From contig RHPI01003330.1 of assembly GCA_009103225.1 (NCBI GenBank), positions 256,472 through 320,471 of the forward strand: DNA of 64,000 nt. Reading direction: 5' to 3'. Positions 42,679 to 55,300 of the stretch are shown in pieces. The position numbers and the translations under genes are program-made. A model generated the notes under the pieces. The model was not told the origin of the DNA. It searched no databases and was given only the letters and a program-made list of their open reading frames with translations. The DNA is from Chlorokybus atmophyticus (lineage: Eukaryota; Plantae; Mesostigma and Chlorokybus algae). Position 1 is the first letter of the stretch. Each line of letters starts with the position of its first letter.

Positions 42679-45600
42679 TTAGAAATTCTCTTTATGAAAC
42701 TCGAAGGTGTTGTTGCCAGGCGACGTGAACTGCTTGCACATGGCGCTCAGCTCGTCCGCACCCGGCCCGCACAGGAACACGCCAATCGTCTCCTGCGGGT
42801 GGTTCCCGGATATCTGCTTGAATATGCGCCTCCAGTTCGGCCTACCCGCCCACCGCTTCCCCGCCCACCGCGCCTGCATAAGACCATCAGGAGTTGCAGC
42901 CTTATTGATATTATGTATGTGAATTTGCGTGTGCGTGTGCGCGTGCGGGTGCATGTATGCGTGCGGGTGCGCGTGTTTTGTCACCTTGTCGGTCTCTTTG
43001 GTGGCATCATCGTCCAGGCTGAGCTCCCCCGTCATGTACGTGTTGATCTCAAAGCGCGAGCTTAGCCTCTCGTCCTCCTCAAACTCCGCCAGCAGCCATG
43101 AGAACCAGTTAAACTCCTGCTTGTCCTTACATACCCAGTAGAAGTACACCTGAACACAATAGTTTTAGACTTTCTGTACACAGCACCGTTTCAAGCATGT
43201 GTACAAGAGGTAGTGTGCCACATATCTGTGTATCATGGCACACACGCCCAACCACACACGTACGCGTATGTGCACACATGGTGGCGGCTGTCTGCTCGAC
43301 GTATGCGTGTGCAGCAAGTGCTGATGTATGCTGGTGCTGGACATGCTGAATGTGTGCCTTTCATACATTGCACGCGTATACTGGTGCTTTGAATTTTGTA
43401 CACGCCCTTGCGTGCGTACACATACGCACATGCGCATGCATGCACACACACGCACACATGCTCATGCATGCACGCCGGACACTCCCCCTTTCCTTCACTC
43501 TCTCCCTCTCCCTCTCCCTTTTCCCACCTTGAGTGGTCTGAGTAGCGTAGCATAGAGTGCTGTGTCGTTGCGTTCTCCAGCGCTGTCGGGGCGGCCGGAA
43601 GGTTGGGACCCGCCTTCGCCGGCACCACCGCCCACCCCGCTCCCGAGCTGACGGGACCAGCGCAGCCGGCAGCTCTTCAGGACAGATGCGAAGGGTGTCA
43701 CGCCGATACCAGCACCCACCAACACCACAGTGCTGGGTAGGAATGAGTTGGTGCGTTTGCGCGTGTGTGTGTATGGTACATTGTGCAGCATCAGCCAATG
43801 CAAACTCACCTGTAGTCCACTACGTGTTCTGATCCTGCGCCATACGGCCCGTCCACCCTCAACTCTGGAGCAAGCCTGACGACGCATCCAATGACAGATA
43901 TCAGAGTGCTGCACGCAAATCTCATCAGCTTTATCACCTCTGGCTCTGCGTCTCTTCACCTCGAGATTTGAGGGATTTCAGCGGCTCTGATTGTAGAAGA
44001 GGCATCGTTGTCCTTGTCCTTGACCTTGTCCTTGGCCTTTCCGCTGCCCTTGCCCTTCTCGTCTTTGTCCTTACTGATCTTGGCTTGGGAGCGAAGGGGA
44101 AGGGGACTTGCCTGCGGGCACACGTCTCCATGCTGCAAAGGACAAACGAATTTCAACACGCGCACACGCACACGCACATGCGTATGCGTACTTACGACCA
44201 CACAACCACGCACGCGCACACCAACACCAACACCAACACCACCACACACGCGCACGCACAGACAGTCTCTCACTGATTCTCTCTCCCTCACTGACTAACT
44301 TGTGCTCACGCACTCACGCATTCCAAGACAACTTGTCATCTTGGTCTCTTACCAGCGTGTGTTTGTGAAAGGACGGGTCCGCGTATCGCACCGACCGCGC
44401 GCCGTCCGGGTTGAGCAGCTGCCTGAGTCCCGTCGTCCAGTCCCCGCGCGTGCGGATGTGAACGGAAACCAGGGGCTCCTCGGGCGCGCTCGTGATCGTG
44501 AACGGGTGCCACTCTACGCATGTGTATAGGGGCATATTGGCAACGGATTGAACGTGGGGAGAGAGAAGTGTGTCTCTCTGCGTGCGTGCGTGCCTGTGTG
44601 TGCGTACCATGCTTGGATATGTGCGGGCAGTTGAGGTACAGGTACTGCCCTGACTTGTATCTGAAACCCTTGAGGCGCATCTCCAACCTCATCACATCCG
44701 TGCCAGTTACCTATTGGAGGCCAAAAGCACACCCCGTTCAGCCAACAACGACAAACCAACCATTCACACCCTCTGTTCAATGGCGCATGCACACCTGTGT
44801 ACACGTGTGTGTGTGCATGTGCGCGATGACCCAACTTTGTGTGCAACAGGGGCATGCGCACGTGTGCTTGTATGCGCACTTGTGTGCATGTGTTTGCATG
44901 ACCACGTGTACACGCAACACACGCGTGCGCATACACGTATCGTTGCATGCAACCACGTGTGTGCATGCGTGCTTGCATGTTCACATTCACCCTCACCTCA
45001 TCCACCACCCGTAGCAGTCTCACTTCCCTCCCCGCCCTCATCCTCCCCACCAGCTTATCCAAGAACCACACCAACACGGGAAAGAAGCTCCAGTGATGGA
45101 AGTTCCTGCTGTGTATCCACAGCAGCAAAAACACGCCGATGTAGAGGTACCGATGCACCGCGAAGAAGAGGTCGTAACCCCCGATCTTGAACCAACCCAA
45201 GTCGACACCTTTGCCACGTCGCACACGCGTGTGGGCCGTCGCGAACATGATGAGGAAGAAGAGGATGATAAGGTGACCGGTGATGCCCTCGCGGGTGGCA
45301 AATAAGAGGTCCACGCCGTTGCCGGACTGTGGGAGGGGGGGAGACTTAATATTTCTCTCTGTGTGTGTGTGCGTGTGTGCGTGCGTGTGTGTGGTGCACC
45401 TGTGTGTATGTGTACTTACGTTGAGCATCCAGCAGTAGTGCATGGCGATGTGGAGTGCCGAGGCGAGTGCTATAACGCCGGCAACGATCTGGTGGAAGAG
45501 CAGATGATCATCAAGCGGTATCGCCTCCGCTACGGGTGTCGTCCTGGAACCCAGAACAAAAGTCTTACTTGTAACAACGAACACACACACAACCACTTCT

Positions 45601-47260
45601 CTCACACCCACCCACCCACCTTATCCACGACAGCAGGTTCCTCATGACCGGAAACAGCACCAAGTTGCAGTTGAAGTCGAGCATGTACCCTCCGGCCTTG
45701 GCGAACGGGTAGTACGGCCCGTACGGCCACACTTTGAGATTATTCACAGCGAAGAGCCACCCGTCCCAGAACAGCGCCGCGTTGAAGGCCGCGTACAGGA
45801 GGAGGAACCTTCTTCCTTTGGGAAGCCTGTTCCACCACTTTGACAGGAAGGAGGCGGAGGGGGTTGTGGTTGGGGAGGGGGAGCCGGGAGGGGAGGTGGA
45901 GGGGGAAGGTGTTGTTGTTGTTGTAGTGGTGGTGGCTACCAAGGCGGAGGCGCTGCTAGGGGTGGAGGGGTTGGCTCCTGTCACGGGGATCACTGTGGGG
46001 GCGCGCCAGAAGAGGAACTTGGTGAAGGGGGACTTGGATGGGCCCTGTTGCTCTGTAGGGGAGGAGAAGGGGGGGTGAGTGAGAGGGCCTGAAGTGAATT
46101 GTGAGACGGCGAGTGTCGGGTGGATACGTGCGACACCAGAGTCACGTGACCATGTGTAAGCGTGCATGCGCATGTCCCTGCACTTTAAACACACACACAC
46201 ACTCCATCCCGCACACATACCCACCCACGCACACGCTGACGCACGCACATAACATCCCGCACACCTCACCTTGGAGGGCCTGTTCAAACTTGGTGGTCCC
46301 ACCCCCCTCTCCCGTCTCTCTCACCCCCCTCGCAGCCGCCTCCCTCTCTCTCCTCCTCCTCTTCCTTATCCCCGCCCCGAACCATACCCCGGCCGCCGCC
46401 GCCGCCACCCCCGCGACCCCCCCCGTGGCTCCCCCCGCAATCGCGGCCGCCCGGCTCGCGGGAGTGATCACCAGAAACCCCTTCTGCGACCGGTTGGAGA
46501 AGTTGTTGTTGCGGGTGGAGGAGTAGGCGAAGGAACCGGGGGAACGGAGGGGGAGGAGACCCGCGTCGAAGTAGGCGGAGGCGGAGTTCAGGACCTGGGA
46601 GGGGGAGAGTGTGTTTGTGTGTGTGTGTGTGTGTCGCTCGTCAAGATGTACACAATGCTTGTGGGTGCACACGCGGGCAGCGCAAGCAGCCCTGTACAGT
46701 GTAGTTGTACTTGTGTCACTGCTGGCAGTGGTAGTGATGTACCACTAGGTGGTGGTGGTGGTGGTGGGAGTGCATACAGTAGTAGTAGCAGTAGTTGAGC
46801 AGTAGTATCAGCACACAGGACACATACACAGATACTGGCAGTAGCGGTGGTGGAGATAGTAGTAGCTGTGTTCACAGGCACAGCACCAGTACTGGTAGTA
46901 GCCATAGTGGTAGCGATAGTGGTAGTGGTGTACACACTGGTACTGGGACACAGTGCCAGCAGCACAGTGCATGTATACTGCACGTATGCCCTCCCACCTT
47001 GCAATTGGTCGGACTCTGCGTATCCGGGTTCGTGTAATTGCACCCACTTTGCCTCAACAGCGCCAGCATCAGCACGACATCCGTATCCGGTCTCCCGTCC
47101 GTCCCCCTCATCATGGTGTTGGCGGACGCCGGGAGAGGGAACGTCGCGTCGGGAGCGGCGATCTGGACGAGGTTGGAACGGTCGGTCCCAGTCTTGCCCT
47201 CGCCGTCGTTGCCCTGGGAGTTGGCGTCGGAACCGGTCCATTGGACGTGGAGGAAGTCGC
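42679..47260 (-). CDS. Promoterless duplicate of the 3' half of the DD3-3-NOX gene (copy A)
   Basis: Exons run from [12 protein letters not shown] through the TM helix and NOX core to FHKENF*. There is no start exon. Confidence 0.75.
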
Positions 47261-47529
47261 CTTGGGGAGTTAAGGGGGGAAAAGGGGTGTTGGGGATAGT
47301 GTGGGTGGGTGTGTTGCGTACGCATGCACAGTAACACGCAGGCGCAGACACTCACGCACGCATGCTAGCATGTGAGTAGGCATGGACGTTTGGGGGTGAA
47401 ACAATCTTTGCAGCTACGCCTAATTCATATCGACGCGTGCGGCGCTTAAAGCGGGAGAGAATATTACATCTGAAGTTGAGCTTTACAAGTGACAGCCATT
47501 TACAGCTATCTCTACCAAGAGCGCGCTGT

Positions 47530-50500
47530 TTAGAAATTCTCTTTATGAAACTCGAAGGTGTTGTTGCCAGGCGACGTGAACTGCTTGCACATGGCGCTCA
47601 GCTCGTCCGCACCCGGCCCGCACAGGAACACGCCAATCGTCTCCTGCGGGTGGTTCCCGGATATCTGCTTGAATATGCGCCTCCAGTTCGGCCTACCCGC
47701 CCACCGCTTCCCCGCCCACCGCGCCTGCATAAGACCATCAGGAGTTGCAGCCTTATTGATATTATGTATGTGAATTTGCGTGTGCGTGTGCGCGTGCGGG
47801 TGCATGTATGCGTGCGGGTGCGCGTGTTTTGTCACCTTGTCGGTCTCTTTGGTGGCATCATCGTCCAGGCTGAGCTCCCCCGTCATGTACGTGTTGATCT
47901 CAAAGCGCGAGCTTAGCCTCTCGTCCTCCTCAAACTCCGCCAGCAGCCATGAGAACCAGTTAAACTCCTGCTTGTCCTTACATACCCAGTAGAAGTACAC
48001 CTGAACACAATAGTTTTAGACTTTCTGTACACAGCACCGTTTCAAGCATGTGTACAAGAGGTAGTGTGCCACATATCTGTGTATCATGGCACACACGCCC
48101 AACCACACACGTACGCGTATGTGCACACATGGTGGCGGCTGTCTGCTCGACGTATGCGTGTGCAGCAAGTGCTGATGTATGCTGGTGCTGGACATGCTGA
48201 ATGTGTGCCTTTCATACATTGCACGCGTATACTGGTGCTTTGAATTTTGTACACGCCCTTGCGTGCGTACACATACGCACATGCGCATGCATGCACACAC
48301 ACGCACACATGCTCATGCATGCACGCCGGACACTCCCCCTTTCCTTCACTCTCTCCCTCTCCCTCTCCCTTTTCCCACCTTGAGTGGTCTGAGTAGCGTA
48401 GCATAGAGTGCTGTGTCGTTGCGTTCTCCAGCGCTGTCGGGGCGGCCGGAAGGTTGGGACCCGCCTTCGCCGGCACCACCGCCCACCCCGCTCCCGAGCT
48501 GACGGGACCAGCGCAGCCGGCAGCTCTTCAGGACAGATGCGAAGGGTGTCACGCCGATACCAGCACCCACCAACACCACAGTGCTGGGTAGGAATGAGTT
48601 GGTGCGTTTGCGCGTGTGTGTGTATGGTACATTGTGCAGCATCAGCCAATGCAAACTCACCTGTAGTCCACTACGTGTTCTGATCCTGCGCCATACGGCC
48701 CGTCCACCCTCAACTCTGGAGCAAGCCTGACGACGCATCCAATGACAGATATCAGAGTGCTGCACGCAAATCTCATCAGCTTTATCACCTCTGGCTCTGC
48801 GTCTCTTCACCTCGAGATTTGAGGGATTTCAGCGGCTCTGATTGTAGAAGAGGCATCGTTGTCCTTGTCCTTGACCTTGTCCTTGGCCTTTCCGCTGCCC
48901 TTGCCCTTCTCGTCTTTGTCCTTACTGATCTTGGCTTGGGAGCGAAGGGGAAGGGGACTTGCCTGCGGGCACACGTCTCCATGCTGCAAAGGACAAACGA
49001 ATTTCAACACGCGCACACGCACACGCACATGCGTATGCGTACTTACGACCACACAACCACGCACGCGCACACCAACACCAACACCAACACCACCACACAC
49101 GCGCACGCACAGACAGTCTCTCACTGATTCTCTCTCCCTCACTGACTAACTTGTGCTCACGCACTCACGCATTCCAAGACAACTTGTCATCTTGGTCTCT
49201 TACCAGCGTGTGTTTGTGAAAGGACGGGTCCGCGTATCGCACCGACCGCGCGCCGTCCGGGTTGAGCAGCTGCCTGAGTCCCGTCGTCCAGTCCCCGCGC
49301 GTGCGGATGTGAACGGAAACCAGGGGCTCCTCGGGCGCGCTCGTGATCGTGAACGGGTGCCACTCTACGCATGTGTATAGGGGCATATTGGCAACGGATT
49401 GAACGTGGGGAGAGAGAAGTGTGTCTCTCTGCGTGCGTGCGTGCCTGTGTGTGCGTACCATGCTTGGATATGTGCGGGCAGTTGAGGTACAGGTACTGCC
49501 CTGACTTGTATCTGAAACCCTTGAGGCGCATCTCCAACCTCATCACATCCGTGCCAGTTACCTATTGGAGGCCAAAAGCACACCCCGTTCAGCCAACAAC
49601 GACAAACCAACCATTCACACCCTCTGTTCAATGGCGCATGCACACCTGTGTACACGTGTGTGTGTGCATGTGCGCGATGACCCAACTTTGTGTGCAACAG
49701 GGGCATGCGCACGTGTGCTTGTATGCGCACTTGTGTGCATGTGTTTGCATGACCACGTGTACACGCAACACACGCGTGCGCATACACGTATCGTTGCATG
49801 CAACCACGTGTGTGCATGCGTGCTTGCATGTTCACATTCACCCTCACCTCATCCACCACCCGTAGCAGTCTCACTTCCCTCCCCGCCCTCATCCTCCCCA
49901 CCAGCTTATCCAAGAACCACACCAACACGGGAAAGAAGCTCCAGTGATGGAAGTTCCTGCTGTGTATCCACAGCAGCAAAAACACGCCGATGTAGAGGTA
50001 CCGATGCACCGCGAAGAAGAGGTCGTAACCCCCGATCTTGAACCAACCCAAGTCGACACCTTTGCCACGTCGCACACGCGTGTGGGCCGTCGCGAACATG
50101 ATGAGGAAGAAGAGGATGATAAGGTGACCGGTGATGCCCTCGCGGGTGGCAAATAAGAGGTCCACGCCGTTGCCGGACTGTGGGAGGGGGGGAGACTTAA
50201 TATTTCTCTCTGTGTGTGTGTGCGTGTGTGCGTGCGTGTGTGTGGTGCACCTGTGTGTATGTGTACTTACGTTGAGCATCCAGCAGTAGTGCATGGCGAT
50301 GTGGAGTGCCGAGGCGAGTGCTATAACGCCGGCAACGATCTGGTGGAAGAGCAGATGATCATCAAGCGGTATCGCCTCCGCTACGGGTGTCGTCCTGGAA
50401 CCCAGAACAAAAGTCTTACTTGTAACAACGAACACACACACAACCACTTCTCTCACACCCACCCACCCACCTTATCCACGACAGCAGGTTCCTCATGACC

Positions 50501-52111
50501 GGAAACAGCACCAAGTTGCAGTTGAAGTCGAGCATGTACCCTCCGGCCTTGGCGAACGGGTAGTACGGCCCGTACGGCCACACTTTGAGATTATTCACAG
50601 CGAAGAGCCACCCGTCCCAGAACAGCGCCGCGTTGAAGGCCGCGTACAGGAGGAGGAACCTTCTTCCTTTGGGAAGCCTGTTCCACCACTTTGACAGGAA
50701 GGAGGCGGAGGGGGTTGTGGTTGGGGAGGGGGAGCCGGGAGGGGAGGTGGAGGGGGAAGGTGTTGTTGTTGTTGTAGTGGTGGTGGCTACCAAGGCGGAG
50801 GCGCTGCTAGGGGTGGAGGGGTTGGCTCCTGTCACGGGGATCACTGTGGGGGCGCGCCAGAAGAGGAACTTGGTGAAGGGGGACTTGGATGGGCCCTGTT
50901 GCTCTGTAGGGGAGGAGAAGGGGGGGTGAGTGAGAGGGCCTGAAGTGAATTGTGAGACGGCGAGTGTCGGGTGGATACGTGCGACACCAGAGTCACGTGA
51001 CCATGTGTAAGCGTGCATGCGCATGTCCCTGCACTTTAAACACACACACACACTCCATCCCGCACACATACCCACCCACGCACACGCTGACGCACGCACA
51101 TAACATCCCGCACACCTCACCTTGGAGGGCCTGTTCAAACTTGGTGGTCCCACCCCCCTCTCCCGTCTCTCTCACCCCCCTCGCAGCCGCCTCCCTCTCT
51201 CTCCTCCTCCTCTTCCTTATCCCCGCCCCGAACCATACCCCGGCCGCCGCCGCCGCCACCCCCGCGACCCCCCCCGTGGCTCCCCCCGCAATCGCGGCCG
51301 CCCGGCTCGCGGGAGTGATCACCAGAAACCCCTTCTGCGACCGGTTGGAGAAGTTGTTGTTGCGGGTGGAGGAGTAGGCGAAGGAACCGGGGGAACGGAG
51401 GGGGAGGAGACCCGCGTCGAAGTAGGCGGAGGCGGAGTTCAGGACCTGGGAGGGGGAGAGTGTGTTTGTGTGTGTGTGTGTGTGTCGCTCGTCAAGATGT
51501 ACACAATGCTTGTGGGTGCACACGCGGGCAGCGCAAGCAGCCCTGTACAGTGTAGTTGTACTTGTGTCACTGCTGGCAGTGGTAGTGATGTACCACTAGG
51601 TGGTGGTGGTGGTGGTGGGAGTGCATACAGTAGTAGTAGCAGTAGTTGAGCAGTAGTATCAGCACACAGGACACATACACAGATACTGGCAGTAGCGGTG
51701 GTGGAGATAGTAGTAGCTGTGTTCACAGGCACAGCACCAGTACTGGTAGTAGCCATAGTGGTAGCGATAGTGGTAGTGGTGTACACACTGGTACTGGGAC
51801 ACAGTGCCAGCAGCACAGTGCATGTATACTGCACGTATGCCCTCCCACCTTGCAATTGGTCGGACTCTGCGTATCCGGGTTCGTGTAATTGCACCCACTT
51901 TGCCTCAACAGCGCCAGCATCAGCACGACATCCGTATCCGGTCTCCCGTCCGTCCCCCTCATCATGGTGTTGGCGGACGCCGGGAGAGGGAACGTCGCGT
52001 CGGGAGCGGCGATCTGGACGAGGTTGGAACGGTCGGTCCCAGTCTTGCCCTCGCCGTCGTTGCCCTGGGAGTTGGCGTCGGAACCGGTCCATTGGACGTG
52101 GAGGAAGTCGC
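47530..52111 (-). CDS. Promoterless duplicate of the 3' half of the DD3-3-NOX gene (copy B)
   Basis: Same as copy A, shifted by 4851 bp. Confidence 0.75.
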
Positions 52112-52380
52112 CTTGGGGAGTTAAGGGGGGAAAAGGGGTGTTGGGGATAGTGTGGGTGGGTGTGTTGCGTACGCATGCACAGTAACACGCAGGCGCAGAC
52201 ACTCACGCACGCATGCTAGCATGTGAGTAGGCATGGACGTTTGGGGGTGAAACAATCTTTGCAGCTACGCCTAATTCATATCGACGCGTGCGGCGCTTAA
52301 AGCGGGAGAGAATATTACATCTGAAGTTGAGCTTTACAAGTGACAGCCATTTACAGCTATCTCTACCAAGAGCGCGCTGT

Positions 52381-55300
52381 TTAGAAATTCTCTTTATGAA
52401 ACTCGAAGGTGTTGTTGCCAGGCGACGTGAACTGCTTGCACATGGCGCTCAGCTCGTCCGCACCCGGCCCGCACAGGAACACGCCAATCGTCTCCTGCGG
52501 GTGGTTCCCGGATATCTGCTTGAATATGCGCCTCCAGTTCGGCCTACCCGCCCACCGCTTCCCCGCCCACCGCGCCTGCATAAGACCATCAGGAGTTGCA
52601 GCCTTATTGATATTATGTATGTGAATTTGCGTGTGCGTGTGCGCGTGCGGGTGCATGTATGCGTGCGGGTGCGCGTGTTTTGTCACCTTGTCGGTCTCTT
52701 TGGTGGCATCATCGTCCAGGCTGAGCTCCCCCGTCATGTACGTGTTGATCTCAAAGCGCGAGCTTAGCCTCTCGTCCTCCTCAAACTCCGCCAGCAGCCA
52801 TGAGAACCAGTTAAACTCCTGCTTGTCCTTACATACCCAGTAGAAGTACACCTGAACACAATAGTTTTAGACTTTCTGTACACAGCACCGTTTCAAGCAT
52901 GTGTACAAGAGGTAGTGTGCCACATATCTGTGTATCATGGCACACACGCCCAACCACACACGTACGCGTATGTGCACACATGGTGGCGGCTGTCTGCTCG
53001 ACGTATGCGTGTGCAGCAAGTGCTGATGTATGCTGGTGCTGGACATGCTGAATGTGTGCCTTTCATACATTGCACGCGTATACTGGTGCTTTGAATTTTG
53101 TACACGCCCTTGCGTGCGTACACATACGCACATGCGCATGCATGCACACACACGCACACATGCTCATGCATGCACGCCGGACACTCCCCCTTTCCTTCAC
53201 TCTCTCCCTCTCCCTCTCCCTTTTCCCACCTTGAGTGGTCTGAGTAGCGTAGCATAGAGTGCTGTGTCGTTGCGTTCTCCAGCGCTGTCGGGGCGGCCGG
53301 AAGGTTGGGACCCGCCTTCGCCGGCACCACCGCCCACCCCGCTCCCGAGCTGACGGGACCAGCGCAGCCGGCAGCTCTTCAGGACAGATGCGAAGGGTGT
53401 CACGCCGATACCAGCACCCACCAACACCACAGTGCTGGGTAGGAATGAGTTGGTGCGTTTGCGCGTGTGTGTGTATGGTACATTGTGCAGCATCAGCCAA
53501 TGCAAACTCACCTGTAGTCCACTACGTGTTCTGATCCTGCGCCATACGGCCCGTCCACCCTCAACTCTGGAGCAAGCCTGACGACGCATCCAATGACAGA
53601 TATCAGAGTGCTGCACGCAAATCTCATCAGCTTTATCACCTCTGGCTCTGCGTCTCTTCACCTCGAGATTTGAGGGATTTCAGCGGCTCTGATTGTAGAA
53701 GAGGCATCGTTGTCCTTGTCCTTGACCTTGTCCTTGGCCTTTCCGCTGCCCTTGCCCTTCTCGTCTTTGTCCTTACTGATCTTGGCTTGGGAGCGAAGGG
53801 GAAGGGGACTTGCCTGCGGGCACACGTCTCCATGCTGCAAAGGACAAACGAATTTCAACACGCGCACACGCACACGCACATGCGTATGCGTACTTACGAC
53901 CACACAACCACGCACGCGCACACCAACACCAACACCAACACCACCACACACGCGCACGCACAGACAGTCTCTCACTGATTCTCTCTCCCTCACTGACTAA
54001 CTTGTGCTCACGCACTCACGCATTCCAAGACAACTTGTCATCTTGGTCTCTTACCAGCGTGTGTTTGTGAAAGGACGGGTCCGCGTATCGCACCGACCGC
54101 GCGCCGTCCGGGTTGAGCAGCTGCCTGAGTCCCGTCGTCCAGTCCCCGCGCGTGCGGATGTGAACGGAAACCAGGGGCTCCTCGGGCGCGCTCGTGATCG
54201 TGAACGGGTGCCACTCTACGCATGTGTATAGGGGCATATTGGCAACGGATTGAACGTGGGGAGAGAGAAGTGTGTCTCTCTGCGTGCGTGCGTGCCTGTG
54301 TGTGCGTACCATGCTTGGATATGTGCGGGCAGTTGAGGTACAGGTACTGCCCTGACTTGTATCTGAAACCCTTGAGGCGCATCTCCAACCTCATCACATC
54401 CGTGCCAGTTACCTATTGGAGGCCAAAAGCACACCCCGTTCAGCCAACAACGACAAACCAACCATTCACACCCTCTGTTCAATGGCGCATGCACACCTGT
54501 GTACACGTGTGTGTGTGCATGTGCGCGATGACCCAACTTTGTGTGCAACAGGGGCATGCGCACGTGTGCTTGTATGCGCACTTGTGTGCATGTGTTTGCA
54601 TGACCACGTGTACACGCAACACACGCGTGCGCATACACGTATCGTTGCATGCAACCACGTGTGTGCATGCGTGCTTGCATGTTCACATTCACCCTCACCT
54701 CATCCACCACCCGTAGCAGTCTCACTTCCCTCCCCGCCCTCATCCTCCCCACCAGCTTATCCAAGAACCACACCAACACGGGAAAGAAGCTCCAGTGATG
54801 GAAGTTCCTGCTGTGTATCCACAGCAGCAAAAACACGCCGATGTAGAGGTACCGATGCACCGCGAAGAAGAGGTCGTAACCCCCGATCTTGAACCAACCC
54901 AAGTCGACACCTTTGCCACGTCGCACACGCGTGTGGGCCGTCGCGAACATGATGAGGAAGAAGAGGATGATAAGGTGACCGGTGATGCCCTCGCGGGTGG
55001 CAAATAAGAGGTCCACGCCGTTGCCGGACTGTGGGAGGGGGGGAGACTTAATATTTCTCTCTGTGTGTGTGTGCGTGTGTGCGTGCGTGTGTGTGGTGCA
55101 CCTGTGTGTATGTGTACTTACGTTGAGCATCCAGCAGTAGTGCATGGCGATGTGGAGTGCCGAGGCGAGTGCTATAACGCCGGCAACGATCTGGTGGAAG
55201 AGCAGATGATCATCAAGCGGTATCGCCTCCGCTACGGGTGTCGTCCTGGAACCCAGAACAAAAGTCTTACTTGTAACAACGAACACACACACAACCACTT